Assembly: GCA_003344405.1 (NCBI GenBank) | Contig: NOWV01000002.1 | Coordinates: 1 to 64,000, forward strand | Direction: 5' to 3' | Origin: Trichoplax sp. H2 | Taxonomy: Eukaryota | Length of the DNA stretch: 64,000 nt | Part shown: piece after piece, positions 12,101-26,901 of the stretch | Numbering within the stretch: the first letter of the stretch is position 1 | Layout of the letters: every line of letters begins with the position of its first letter | Program-made: the position numbers and the translations under genes | Notes under the pieces: generated by a model | What the model was told of the DNA's origin: nothing | Seen by the model: the letters and a program-made list of their open reading frames with translations, nothing else | Database searches by the model: none

Positions 12101-15100
12101 TCTATTAATGAGCAATTACCGGCAGGCTAGCTGCATTCATACCAGCTAAGAATCCACTAATACATATCAACATAGCAATAGCCAAATTCAGATGAATAAA
12201 GTTCTTTACCGTATGTAATTTCCTAGAATCAATTTTAAGAGAACTGTTCTGATTAAAAATTTATAGATAAATTAATTAATATAATACCCGTGCCGTTGTT
12301 ACGGTACTGTCTTCCCGATTAAGTGATTATTGAATAGTGAATAATGAATACCTTAGAATAGTCTAGGTAAGGTCATATGTTATAATATTTAATTTTGCTA
12401 GCCTTGTACTATTTAATTCTTTACTATAGTAGTAGAATTGTGATTTGAAAACTATTACAAGTTAATAATATAATCGAACCGTATATAACGCTGTAGTGCA
12501 GCCCCAAATATAGCTTGGATTATGATTGTAAGACTGTACGAGAGTAGTGGTACTCGTACGTTAGATTGTATGATTTTGAAGATATCTATTTGTAGAAGAG
12601 GTTTACATACGTATTGTCTTGATACTTTTGAGATGTTCATATTAAGATTTCGTGATAATAATAGATAACGCTAATTAAGGTAATACCGTGAGAGTTGCAT
12701 TGTGGTGCTTAAATTAGACGCGTGAATAATGAATAGTTCGCGCGATGATAAACTGTTATCTTGTGACTTAATTGGCAAGATATAATTGTAATGCGTAAAA
12801 TTCATTCTGTAACAAAGGGTATATAAACCGCTAGCTTGCGCTATAAATATAGTCCAGAGATAGTTCTATTGGAGCTAGTTAGTACTTGGTAGTTGTAAGG
12901 CTAACCTAATCTTATGTAATAAAGTGAAGTTTACAAGAAACTGTAGTTCTTTTGTGTTTTTGAGAAGACACTTAATCACAAACGCGAAGAAAAGTGTTAC
13001 ACTTAATCAGTTGTCTGTGGAGTACCGTCGAGAAATCGAGTTCCCATATATCGCTGGCATAGAGACTGAAAAACTCTGGGATAGTAGTCCGATTTATTAT
13101 ACTTGCACTAGAGTTCTTGACAAAAATCTTAGCTACAAGTAAGAGTTGCGACAGTAGTAAATACTTTAGTTTTTCTCTAACTGTGTAATCACTTTCGTTT
13201 TATTTGCTATAATATAGTAGTCAACTATTATGGTAAAATACCAGGTAACTAACGTAACAATTCTATCCATTAATGGATTTTTTGCTTACTATTGCTTCAC
13301 GACCGTTATCGCGCAGTGATTTTTGCTTACTAATGCTTTTCTTATTTTCATCAGATAACAAATTTTGGTCTTTGTTGAGAACATCGCTATGAATGAAATC
13401 ATATATTCTTATGTAAATAAATGCATAGTTAAATAATATTATCCAAGTAGCGATAATTAATATTTATGTAGGTTTACTACAAATTGACTGATTTTTCGAT
13501 GAAGTTAGAGTTCAGTTTTGCCCAAGAGAGACTAGTAATGCTACTGTTCGTCCCCATCAGGATTTAGTGTCGTACCGTAGGTAGATGTTATGACCATCTT
13601 TATTAGACTATAAAACGCTCTATTTACGGATTATACCTGTGTCTCGAACTAGTAGCTATAATATATTTGCTTAGAGGGCCTTGTCTTTAAAAATTGAGAA
13701 TCAGAAGTTCAGTAATCACGCTGCTATATATGTATCGCTCTTATTCCTACGACTGTTGACAGATTCCAAATAGGAGTCCCTAACTTCTCTTCAACATCTT
13801 AAGCAATTCAGTAACAAGATATTCTGGACTAACAAGTTATAATCGTGAGCAGATAGTTTATGTAATAGTTCGTGTCAATATCAAACCTGGCACTGTAAAA
13901 GTTCATTACATAATTTTTAGCTATCGTACTCTTTACAAACCTGCTGCTAATCAATATCATTATCATCATCAATAAGGCGAATAGTGAAATAGAGTAGCCA
14001 ATATAAGTGATATAGCGGAGGTAGGTATCGTGAGGCCCAATCAGCCCCTATAATCAAAACACGATCAATGATTTCATAGCACAACATTAAATCCGGACAT
14101 ATAATATCGTGATATGTTGTGTCATTATGTCTTCTAAAGTGTGTTGTTCGAAGAATGTCACTCAAAGAAAATACGCAATATGAAAGATTTAATACATAAA
14201 ATTTATCTCGCTCTTAAGTTCCTTCATTAAAATGCAATTTACACGTAACTAGTATGCGAAGGCTTATTGAATCTCAACTTCTAGGATAATCCATAATCTA
14301 CAGCTAGGTTTAATTCATGCAAAAGGCAAATGCCTTGATAAATCGATGTATTTCTATATTCTCATTAAACTGTTTGTATTTTACGAATATATTTATATCT
14401 GGTATCAATAAATATTTCTGATTTACCTTGGAGCCTTGCATAAGGACAGCGAAACTCGTAAAATGATTGGTTATGCAATGTACCGTGCTAGAATTATAAC
14501 CTATCAAATCTGTTCCATACTGCGACCATTGCCTGTAAACATGTTTTTAATTTAATAAAGTTTAATCAATACGATTAATATGAAAAATCATGATCTTTAC
14601 ATTAAGAATTCCTTATTCTAATCTCAAGTGAAAGAGGAATAAATGTTAGGTTATATATTTTAATAAACAGGTAAGTTAGATTGATGTTTGTTACAAAATA
14701 CACTCAGGTATTATTAACATAATATCGAAGTTAGATAGACAAATTATCTTACGTATTCTCCCAATATACACATCGATAGGGTGGATGAGGCTAATAGTAA
14801 AACGGTCATTACAGTACTTAGTTAGATTTAATCAATTTAAAAAATCAACAAATCGGTATGAATCAATTTAACTAACCTTTCGAGATCCTATTTTAAGATA
14901 AAAATGAACGGGTAAAGTAAAGTTTTTGTCTTGGAGTGGATACATTGAGCAAGACAAGATACTAGAAATTATAACGCTGAATGAAACATTTAAAGTATTG
15001 CTTAATATGAGACATATTGAATACTGCTAGCAAAGTCGAAGGAATAAAATTTAGAAGTAGTCACTTTGCATTATGTATGTTACTGACCGTAACATTTGCA

Positions 15101-18100
15101 CAAAATATAATAAATCTAGAGGTACCTGCTACTATTTTCGTTAGTATTAGTTTTGGTCCAACTTTCTTGGATATTATACGATCGTACTACCACAGTGACA
15201 GTATCAGCTAAAAAATATAATAAAATTACTAACAAAAAACGATATCAAATAATGTAGAGTAATGAAATTGTATAGATATAATTTATTCGCCTATAGATTC
15301 ATAATGCTTTCGCATCAATTAAAATTATACTTCAAAATTAGCTAGCACATTATCAGAAAAAGGTAATTAACCTATAACATTATTTTTATATCTTATTTAA
15401 CGAAGCTTTGCGAATATATGATTATGAATACATGATATATCACTGGAAATATTCGATACCTTGGCTAGAAAACCGAAATACTGATCTGGGAATTCTCACT
15501 TCTGCTACTGACTCATTGGATAGTGACAACGCTAGATTGATGATTGGTGTTTCATCCGATGCGGAGATTTTATAAGCAATTAGTTCTAGCATATAATATG
15601 CGATGTAAATAGCATTAGGATATATGACATGATGAAAAGTCAGGAAAGGATGAGTTAATGTAGTTTCTCTTTCCGTAAATTATTATAAAAGTGTAGATTC
15701 GAAGTTAAAACTGTAGTAAAGTTTCGATAAGTAGTGTAGACAAGGACTTAATTATCTGAGTTTGTAATGAATTGATAGAGATATAACTATCTCTAATAGA
15801 AATAGAAGTACACATTGCATTGCATTGGCGAAATAGTATGTTGTGATAAAACATTATTTCCAAGAGCTCTCTTTCACACTAAATCATACGACTGAAATAC
15901 TACTGTATGATAAACCTATGAATAGTTAAGTAAGATTTTTATTGCCTCAACTGGACTGAGCCAAAGCTATAAAAGCCGGCTATTTGGTGCAATTTTTATT
16001 CCCTTATCCTTCATTACCTGATTGAAGGTTCTGATAAATGTAAAATTATTTACGTAGCTCTTCTATAAGTACGAGTAATCATAACTTTTGTGTAGTATTT
16101 AAGTAAATCTGTAGTCTGTATTCAGACTGCAGTTCCCTTTCCAATCTGGAGAAAGTTGAGATAAAGTAGTCTTGGTTTAAAGCACAGTTCTACGTGGTAG
16201 TGAATGGAGCATATCGTTGCAATAATCTATCTAAAACTTACGAAAATTAGGCACAATTTCGTACATTTTTGTAACTTATTATAATCATCAACATCAAGTA
16301 AATGATTAGACAATTTCGATTTAGTCGAAAATTATAGCGATATGCTAACTCGTCAATGACAAGTGATTATACAACACTTATTTTAATGAACATAATAATA
16401 AAGACTAATTATAAAGAAAACAAATCACTATTAATAATTTATGGAAATAAAATGGTATAAATTCGAAATCATAGCATGAATGAAAAGATCAATTTTACGT
16501 TATTTACAGTAAATGAAATAAACACCTGAATTTGGTGTCAACAAAGTTAGTCGTGTCGTGATGTTGGCTTCATTAATTTGTCTTGCTAAAACCGCATCAT
16601 TGTGATCGATTTGCTTTAGAACAGAACTAAGACTCTTTAATAAGACAAAAAATTAATCTCGATCAAGCATTTAATATCTATAATCTTTTACAAAATAGTC
16701 AAGACATACAAGATATCATTATATTATCTCATTTGTAAGCCAATCAATCTTTTGAGCAATAAATTAGACTGCATCGTTTTAAAGTATGAAATTTTTCTCC
16801 CTAAAGTCCTAAACTATATCAAGACTTGACTAACCTTATTGACGCCATTAGCGATATTTGCAATAAACTGGTCGTTGGCCAGTTGTATCTCCTTTACCTA
16901 TAAGATAAAGATAAAGATTTAACATCTCAATTTATATTGTAAGATCGAGAAATCTTTATTAGCTTATACTAACGAATTCGTCATTATGGATACAATTGTT
17001 GCATCCTTACAAGAGGATTTACACCTTCAGCCCATAATAGTACATTACTAATCAATAACATGTCTGAATTTAATCACAAATGCATTATTAATAAATTTAA
17101 ATAGCTATGAGTTATTAACCTAGCACAAGAGTTAATTATTAGCTTTAAAAACAATAAGCTGAGCGTCCTATCTAAGAAAGTAACATTCAAAAACCATAGA
17201 GATACCATTTCTTGCAGATAGCATACCATATTACTTTTAAAATTAAAAGCAGAATATTTAATATGCTATCCCTGCTATTAACCGTATCATTTGTCATGAA
17301 ATCAGACGCAATAGAGTTTCCATTATTCAATGCAGGAGACGGATTGAGTGTAGGGCTTGCGGTAACTGACGTAAAAGACAATATTTATAATATAAATAAG
17401 AATCGTAAAGTGACAGGGTCTTTATAAAATTTATAATTATGCTTTCGATCAGCGTAATACATAACTCGTACGATATTTCGTTGGAACAATACATTCTGTA
17501 AATATGAACTTATTAGTTTATATTTCATTAGAAAAAATTAATTAATCCATTAAATGAGTTCTTCAAGATTACTAGTTATTTTACGGTACGATAGATCTTT
17601 TTGTCATATTATACTTGTAATAAAGCGTCTTCTCAATAAATTTAACAAGAACTACAGTTTCTAATAAACTTCTTCTTATTATATAAGATTAGGTTCGTCC
17701 TTCAACTACCGAAGACTATCTCACTGCAATCAGAATATCTCTGGACTATCTGAATTATTGCAGCAATATTCACGATTTACATACAATTAGTTTCACCGTG
17801 ATTTTTCTTCATATACAATCATGTCAAACCAATTTAATTACAAGATCATATCTAAGTTTACTATCGCGCTATCAATTCATCATTCGCGGTTATAATTAAA
17901 GCGTCTCAATACAAATCTCACAGTACTAACAAAATAAGTGCAATCTACTATATTATTATTTCAGAATCTTAATATAAGCATCCCAAAACAATTACTATAG
18001 TTCGTACTGCAAATATTATCCAAAATTAGACACTTATGTAATCTTACAATCTAGCGTATTTATCTATTTTCTTGTTATCCTATAATCTTAATCTTGAACT

Positions 18101-21100
18101 TATTTAAGGCTGCACTGCAATACTATATAATTACAAAAGAGTCACTAGAATATTCTAATTACTGTATTACTGTTATTGGAAAGGCGTCCAATAATAGAAT
18201 GAGTACATAGGTATATCGCTAGAGGACAGCAGACTTTATATTACGTCTAATGATACCTGAAGAAAACCTGCTAGAATATACTGACGGCTGCATCGCTGGT
18301 GATAAAAGAGTATCTGAATAATAAAGCAAGTCTACAGATGTACGGCTGGGAAAATATCCGTAAACATCACTGGTTTTCCTGTACTCTACGTGAATGAAGA
18401 AGTATGCATTAGCCACTATTGCAAAATAAAATAATATCAAAGTTTTACTCGAGTTGTCAAATTTACAGCAACAAGTTATCTTCTATATTAGCTACATATA
18501 ACGTCGTAAAATTAGTTCATGATGATCATACTTCATTAAAAGTGCATTCTTATTAAATATGATACAAAATTTAAATACTGAATCACACATACCGCTTACT
18601 GGCAATATAGATGGATTTTCTTGCTTAATTAAAGTAAGATTATAACTAGAACTAGTGGACCGAAGTGACAGTTTATCATTGAAGTTACTAAAAGTGAATG
18701 CCAATTTTTCATTATAAGTTGTATTAGTTGCGGAAATAAAACTTGGGATGGCATATACTATTAAATTGGATGATGACCGCTGATGATGGTTTGTAACTTT
18801 TTCTACATCCGATATACTTGTACTAGCAATGGAGATAGGACCTAGTTACAAGGAATTTGATCATAAATCATGAACAAAACTTGAAACAACGCCTAGAATA
18901 AATGAGTATACGGCTAATTCTACCAAAAACTATCGCAGCTAATAGATTTTAGTGATACCTGAGTAAATGTGTGATTCGCTAGGAGTCGACGCCGTTAATT
19001 CCGCCTGGTTTGTCATATTTATTGTTAAAATATCAGAATTATCATCATTTGTAATAGTGTAAGATGATTCTAAAATACCCTCAGACTGCGTCGAACTAAA
19101 TATAAAATCCAAACTACTACCAGATGTTAACAACTGTGATTTACTCATCGGTATGGTTATAATATTATTGACAAAACTAACTGATGAAGAGGATGATATA
19201 AATGAATTCTCATATGTATTTGAATTGATGCTTGCGTTTGAAACACCCATCTCATTGATCGCAGTGGTTGTTGCCGTTGAAATGGTAGCGTCATAAGATA
19301 AAGTTGATATCGCTACTGAAGGATGTAACTCGCTTGAGGAATCATCGGAGCTTACTGAATAAGAAGACACTACGCCAATCGGCCTTTGACAAATGTATCT
19401 ACAAGCATCGCTGCAGTTATTATTAATCCAGTCAAACTTATTTGATGGCAAACTTCTAGCAGAAACGCATCTATCACTCGTCCGCTTTGGATAACCCTTC
19501 AACCAAAACTGTTCACCATTGATTACACTTTCATTGGTTGCCAACCAATGATAATCATCGATCTGGTTGTTTCCTGCTATATCATTTAGTCCAATCCAGT
19601 AACGTCCTGTAAATTGTAGTATTCCCTTTAGGTTATCATGAATTGCAGTGGTATCGTCGACTGCTAAATCGCCGCTAGGAAATTGCTGACAAGCGATTCG
19701 AGCATCTTCGAACGATTCAACGTCCGAGAAAGATTTAAAGCATCGATTACTTATTTCCGTCCATCCATCAGCACATTCCTCTGTTTAATCAAGAATTAAC
19801 TCTTTAGCTAAAATTTTCTCATATACTGTAGTTCTGCATTAAAATATGTGATATATTAAAGATCCAGACAAAGTAGTTGGAAATTATAAGCTTGTAGTAC
19901 TAATAAATTGCTTTTTCAACGTTGAACTTCTTAATATCCAATTAAATTTTACAGCAGCAAATATGGGTATAGCTAGAGCATTATACATTTCTTTCGAAAT
20001 TATCAACTTCCTTCTGTAGATATGCGAAATAATTACAGTTCAGTCTTGCAGGTAAAACTGAGGTAGACGCAAATGCATTAATATCCTACACAATTAGATA
20101 TTTAACTGAAACAGCCGTACTGGAATTGTTTGATACCCTTCCTACTATATTTTTTTTTTTAAGTTTTAAAACTGCGATGATAACAAAAAGGTCATAAATA
20201 TGATCTTGGATTTTATCATCATTACTTCAAACTTGCTTTTGAATATCATCTATATTGCAGAAATATTTTAGGCGTAACGACATACGGCCATAAACACCTG
20301 AAGATGTTTAAGTAAATTCCTCTTTTTAATCTAATTCGATGCTAAAGCGTTGCTTGCTACCAACATTAGTATCGTCACAGTTAAAATTATGACAAAATGT
20401 AAAATTTTCAAATATCTTTTCCAATTAATAAGCATTTTCTGAGAAAATTTTTCCTTTCATTCAATATTTAAATTCCATAATATAATGGTTTTTGTTAAAA
20501 TCATTGTTATCGTTGATTAAATTCATTAATTTACTACCGATTAGTCACGAACTCGTTACTTCCAGCAAATAGACAAATTATTTTACGATTAAACTAATCA
20601 CGTTCTTAGGCAGCAAATCTATCAGTTATTTCTATATTCAATCCAAGGCATAAATTATTTATATTATTTATCGTTCAATATTTTAACAAACCTTGAGCAA
20701 TGACGACGCGTAATGCTATACAAAGGATCTAAAAATAGATTAAATAAAGATTTTAATTCCTATAATAAAAGAGAAACTACTATCAATCATTACTAATTTC
20801 ATCTTATAATTTCAGGTCATTGTTGTATCCGTTATAATTATTTCTTTGTGCATTCATGGAATAACAGAGATGAATACTGTAAAAATGATATTATGCTACT
20901 GCCATTACAGTTTTAGTTAAGATAAATTAGCTTACTTAAAGAACTTGGCAAAAATTAAAATTTTACTAAAAATTTACTTGAAAGTCTGCACGAAAATTGT
21001 ATATTACTATGATTAGCATTATCAGATTTAAATCAAAACTACCTAATCGATTAGAAAAAGGCATAGGTTTATACAGAATATAATATATTTAAGACTACAT

Positions 21101-21728
21101 AAAATTGAGAAAATAGTATAGAAGGTTGCTAGCTGTCATTTATGACATTTTCACTCCTTTGTATATGATCTCATGAACGTTCTTGTCAGATAAAAATTAT
21201 GAGTAATTTGTAGTCTAATATTTCTACTTTGGTATATTGTAAGGTAATACACGATAACAGTTGACAGTAATTACAAAGACAGAAATACAAACTATGAGAA
21301 ACAAAAATCCAAGGCAGAAAACTGAATCAAAGTCGTATCAGTCTCGAAGTTAAATTGCATTTAATTGGATATAATGGAAACCTGCTAGCGAAAAATAATG
21401 TTTCCCTTGAACGTTGAACTAAAGCCCCTGAACTACAAAATCGCTCTTAGGGATGACCATAACATAGAGACTAGGCAGAAGCATTAAAGTTCACAAGCTA
21501 CAATTATGCGCGTTATAAATGTATATAATTGAAGAGCAGGGACAGGTGTACCCATTGGTTAAAAAATTATATCAAAATAGAATTGAGAAGTACAGTAAGC
21601 AGACACGAATACAGTTATATTCTAACCATATACCGGTACGTAGTAGCAGGCATTCTTGTTGTAAAATTTAAATGAAATACAGACATTAATATAGTATTCT
21701 ACCATATGCTTACCAAAATGATATCCAT
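9118..21728 (-). CDS. Adhesion GPCR paralogue A (CTLD-mucin stalk-GAIN/GPS-7TM), ~27 exons
   Basis: Phase-compatible GT-AG exons: 21714-21728 (MDIIL), 20692-20728 (ILCIALRVVIAQ), 18959-19780 (CTLD EECADGW..RCF..DARIACQ..YWIGL..RCV..YICQ plus S/T stalk), 18593-18841, 18257-18385, 17472-17495, ~17235-17365, ~16970-17005, 16835-16897, 16526-16634, 15460-15585, 15126-15207, 14877-14976, 14753-14790 (YRCVYW), 14427-14532 (GPS WSQYG..HCITNHFTSFAVLM), 13941-14047 (TM1 ITYIGYSISL), 12120-12222 (TM2 KNFIHLNL), 11601-11757 (TM3 LHFFYLASLMWMMMEA), 11305-11371, 11156-11222 (CWI..FVGP), 10756-10841, 10413-10539 (LFGISWIFG..FTILNCPQ), 10249-10290 (GLLIFYFHC), 9926-10012, 9605-9725, 9376-9400, 9118-9196 (..DVVTHL*). 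These are class-B/adhesion GPCR motifs. Confidence 0.9.
12492..12980 (+). mobile_element. Solo LTR, family 2 (TM1-TM2 intron of gene A)
   Basis: TGTAGTG...ATCACA termini; perfect TSD AACGC; TATATAAA at ~12820 and AATAAA at ~12918; homologous to 31244-31731 and 17616-18119. Confidence 0.88.
17616..18119 (-). mobile_element. Solo LTR, family 2 (diverged; stalk intron of gene A)
   Basis: TGTAAT...CACTGCA termini; perfect TSD ATACT (17611-17615 / 18120-18124); colinear with 31244-31731. Confidence 0.82.
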
Positions 21729-24700
21729 CTGGTCTTTCTACCAAGATAGAAAAAAAGTTGCAATACTAACTAACTATGCAGAATAATTGACGATTTACTT
21801 GTATTAGAGTAATACTATTTGTCAACATCCATATGAAATTGAAAATGAATCAGATACCTAAATGTCACTATTTTTATTTCAGAAGGAGTACACCCTCTAA
21901 TACACTGTCGTCTGATCTAATTATTTTAATTTGTAAATATTTATTTTAAAGTACAAGAATTAAGCAAGTCTATACATCAATCAATTACAAATATTAAGAG
22001 CGCACAATAATGACCCAATGGAAAAAAATTATTATGAAATGTGTTCTTTTATGCCTATTTAGCAGCTAAGAACATCACATACAGTTAAATATACTGTACG
22101 CCTAGTCCCTAATCTGAAAATATCTTAATTATCAACTCAATCAAAACAATAAGATTACTTCTTTTCAATTTTCAATACATTTCATATAATGGCAGTAACG
22201 TAGTTCAAGCTCTGGTAAGGCCAATTTTCACATAATACCCTGTTATATGTAGATGTAGTACAGTATTTGCTAATTAGGATTTACGGTATAGAATACTTAG
22301 ATTGTGAAGTTACTTCCATTAATAGGTTTGCTATAATTTCAGTGCATTTTGTATTAAATATAGATATTGCTACTTAAACGTGTTAAAACGCACATTAATT
22401 GTACCACATGTAAAGTAATTTCGGAAATATATAAATACACGATTCTGATTGATCAATAAACGATCTTCAACTAAACCTACTACCGATTATCACGAACATA
22501 ACGTACCGTATCCGTAGTAATTATTTTCCGTGCGCAATACGATATTAGTGTACTGTAATTCGATGCTACCCCTTCATTCCTGTTCACTGACATGTCTTTA
22601 TTAGGATCTGCGTGCAGGTAGTAGGACATCTTCTGTACTATGCTAATAAAAAATTAAGATTTTCTTAATGCAAATCGATCTCGAATACCTCATTGGATGT
22701 CGCTAAGAGTAAATAAATTATAATCGCGTAATTCTTCTTTATATCAAAATTAAACCAAGTTTAATACATACTATCAATGCACCGTCCACCGTGGTATGAC
22801 AATTACAAGAATAATGAAATTTTGTTGGCTTGAATTCATCCATTTAGCTTCTAGATTCTCTAATAGTTTATGTAGTTACTGATTATTCTTGATGAGAATG
22901 GCTTTTCTAACACTTAGTTTTAAAAGGTACTGTAATGCATATACTGAATTGCAAACTTATTATGCTATAACAAGTCATAAAATGGAAAATATGTGTATAA
23001 CAGTAGGATAAAGTTATGTCGAAACGATCACATTCGTAAACTCAAGAATAAAAAATCAAAAGTGTAAATTTTAGAAAATTCATGATTGATTGTTATGTAC
23101 GACACAAATGATATATCAATCTTGACGCACAGGAAATAATTAACAGTAGTCAAAGAAAATAAAAGCTGATGAATAAAATCGTAACAATATTATTCCATTA
23201 GACGGGATTGGATAAAAATGGTAATAGATAACAGATGATATAGTTCAACTGATGTATTGATGAAAATGGTCATAATTATTTATTCATAATTACTCTTTCT
23301 CTTAGACACTGTATCCATTAAAGATTTTTCTCATTTAATATCAACCGCTTACGCTCGTAAATATTCAAATTAATTCAAATTTGTACTCTTTCAATTATTA
23401 TTTTAGTTTTAGCCCTTAAAGGCATTTCGATTTGTATAACACTGGCGCACACGTAACTTGAGGAGTGATACAGATTTGTTTATATATTCAAGCGATTAAA
23501 AAAAATAACATCACTGAAATTGATAAATTATGAAGAGCTTGTTAATAATTCTGTAACAATAGCAATTATTTATAACCTCTTTCTATGATACATTTCTAAT
23601 ATCCGATCAGCTCTTATGCCTGTCCAATGTTAGTCTGTACCGTTTATTAATTGCAATAGCTCCTATTTGCGATTGAATTTCATAAACTTTCAATAATATA
23701 TTTAAATAAATTATTGAAAAAAAACTATTAATCCCAAGTAATAAATTGATTGAAGATTTGAAATTCGATAGAAAAAATAGCATAATATGGGCCTGTAAGG
23801 GAATTATAGTACTCATTTTCTTTATAATTTTTCATGATTTCCATAATACTTTTATGAATGACAACGCTATAGAGGTTATTTAGTACCTATATTTTGTAAC
23901 TGTTTACTTAACAAAATAATATAAATATAGAGATTCCTACACCTTTTTTATCTATAGATCTGTTTCCTTTAGTTTGTTGCATATATAACCCTCTTTCTAA
24001 CTATTATCTCCGAACTAATCAGTAAATATCAAGCAACATACAATCTTGCTGTATGTGTACTAATAAAAATAAAGTGAGACAGCATGAATCACTTCAATTA
24101 CAACTGTATAAAAAATTACAATTTAAATTGAAGACCATAGGGTGTTTTACTGATCGAACAAATCATGTAACTGATGACTATCAATTAGGCAGATGTACCA
24201 TACTCATCTGCATCATAACCAATCAAAGATGTCTATTCATCTCTCAAAAACATATTTAAAATGTACATACAATAATTAATTGCTAAATTATAATACAAGC
24301 AAATTCTAAAAAACGGTTATTCAATTCCTTTTACATTAAGAAAGTTTGAAATGAATCAATAAAGCAAAAATTAACAATATCGGCATGTATACGTCATATC
24401 GTCTCCCGGAACGTAGATACGGTTTAAAGCAGATTTCGGTATTGTTTATCATAACCTATACAAATAAATTAGACGGATAACATGCATCGTTTCATACAGT
24501 ATTTTTCTAAACAAAAGATTATTATATCTAAAATTCCTAAAATCACAGCAAAGTTGTATAATAAAATACTGTTCAGTAGATACTAGGTCAGTAAATACAA
24601 TTTTAATTATAGCTGATAGATGAATCAGATTTACTCAACATTTAATTATTCTATTAGCTTATACAATAATGATGATAATAGCTGATATTAACGTCAGCGG

Positions 24701-26459
24701 AGCCATAACTAATATTTACGGTATTTAGAAAGCTCATTAGCCGTACCTTGACAATGTTTACATACTAATAAATTATTTGCCATCAACAAAATCCCTAATA
24801 GCTAATACTATACATCGCTATTTTACAGGGCTGAAAAAAATTACATAAATGAATTTACTTTGGAAAACATCCATCTTATAACCACAATAAGTATTATGAA
24901 ACTGAAGTAATTACAACTTAACAATAATTTTTATAGTTGAAGTTTGCATGTAAAATTTCGAATGAAAACAGACTACATTATTCTCCATTGTAATCCTGAC
25001 AAGTTACAAGAATCTTATCTATTTAATAAGATATTGATAGTGAAATTAGAAAGTCTTTCGTGAGTTTTTAGTTCAGTTTACATCAATTATTAATATTTCT
25101 ATCTAATAATTAAGTCAATTCGATATCTAAACCTGCAATGATTATTTTATAAACTTAAATGTACAGTCTTATACACTAGTATTCTGGAAATTTTTGAGGA
25201 AAAAAATTTAATGAATATGCGAAGTAAAACCTTACAATAAATCTGCGCACATTATATGTAACTACAATGACTAGATATTAATCTCTTGGGCTAATTTTGT
25301 ACGTATTGATAGACTATTTCTCCATAATTTTATATCTAAAATTTGATATATATCAATAAGGCGTGATTGATTGTACAAAATCAATGTCCGAAGCGATCCT
25401 TCACTCCATTATTCTATATGTAATGCCATATTGATGATTGCAAGCCTTTCTTAGGCTAAATGATCCAGTATAATTTTACTATTACCGAAATATCCTTTCT
25501 GAATATCAGTCTCTAAATATAGTGCTTAACGTAAGTTAAAGGTAGCAAATTATTGAGAATCTGTAGGATTAGGGATGAGTTTTCGAAACATTTCTTAAAC
25601 AGATTATAGCGCCCTGATACGTGATTTAGGGAAAGATTTATAGATTTAGTATTTTTCGTTATTTTTTGATAGAGCTGGTTCATGACATATAGATTTAATG
25701 AAATGATGATTTTCCATGAGAGACGACAAATACTAATTTTCTACATTATTGTAGACTATTTTATTCATAAAAATTGGGACAAGGCACTGATTGTATTATT
25801 AGAAACATTATTATTAGTAACGTAGAAATGTAAGATTAATAACGTTTCTAAGGCTTGGAGTGATTAGCATTATCATACGGAGGACTGAGTTGTTAATTAG
25901 CTTATTATTAAGTGCGAGATATTACAAGGCCATAATTATCGATTTACTAATTTCATACTAATCTTCTATTCGTAAGTCTTATATAAATTTATGGTAACCT
26001 AATATAAAAGTTTTATCTAATGTGCACCAGGTGATTTATCTAAAAGCCATATAAGACCGGTGCCTTATTAGTTTGAGATAAGTGCTCGAGTTATAATATG
26101 TCAGGGGCTTTTAATATCCTATCTGTCAAGATTAACTTTATGGAATAAATGTTTAATGTTCTCAAGCTGTTTCTCCAACTACCGTTGTACAGGCTATATC
26201 GATACTAGTAATTAGTCGGTAGAATTAATTACATCCTTATACAGCCAGTTCTATGCTGACTTCTGTAGATGCATTTTTAGTAGTGATTGTCTACATATCG
26301 CACTTGTTCGCGACACTAATATACAATCTGTCTATGCTAATGAATCGCTTCTAATAATACTGAATAAGTACATGTGCTAACAAAGGAAATTGCCTAACAG
26401 ATAAATATGGTACTTTCTCCGAATTATATCTTTATTTTAATGATAATATGACATATAAC

Positions 26460-26901
26460 CGATCTCAAAATTTCCAAATTTGTGGAAAACTTGGACTTTA
26501 TTCGATCTTTGTGCAAAAAGTAACTTGCACACAGATCTGCTCTAGCCTGAATATAACCACTAGAAAGACTTCTAAAAAGAACTTAGAAAGCTGCCTACTT
26601 ATATGCGTATACTTTCCGTAGCGTTTGTGCAGGGATCTGCATGGCAACATTCTACTTAAGTTTATATATATTCGAATTTTTAATAGTCACAACACTTTAC
26701 AACGCACCATCTATAATCCAATATATTAGTTACATATCTAGCTTTGCCTCGAATATCAATGGTGACTCAACAGTCAATACCCTATTCTATGGCCATATAT
26801 ATTTTAGCATAGAGTCTTTTTTAATTACAGACTATAGCTATGGGCTATTAAATAAGCCTTTAGATAAATGTAGAAAGTTACATTACCATACATCATGCTA
26901 A
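26460..26901 (+). pseudogene. Decayed hydrophobic reading frame, copy next to gene B
   Basis: ORF 26641..26901 MATFYLSLYIFEFLIVTTLYNAPSII..YGHIYFSIESFLITDYSYG is homologous to 8624-8950; there is a 1-nt frameshift just upstream of MATFY. Confidence 0.48.

Noticed and set aside
15842..16340. Candidate degenerate solo LTR (TGTGAT start, flanks TATGT/TATGC)
   Set aside because: The right end is not CA, the TSD is imperfect and there is no second copy.
26027..26446. ~420-bp insertion relative to the paralogous units
   Set aside because: The indel is real but shows no termini or TSD, so it cannot be classified.
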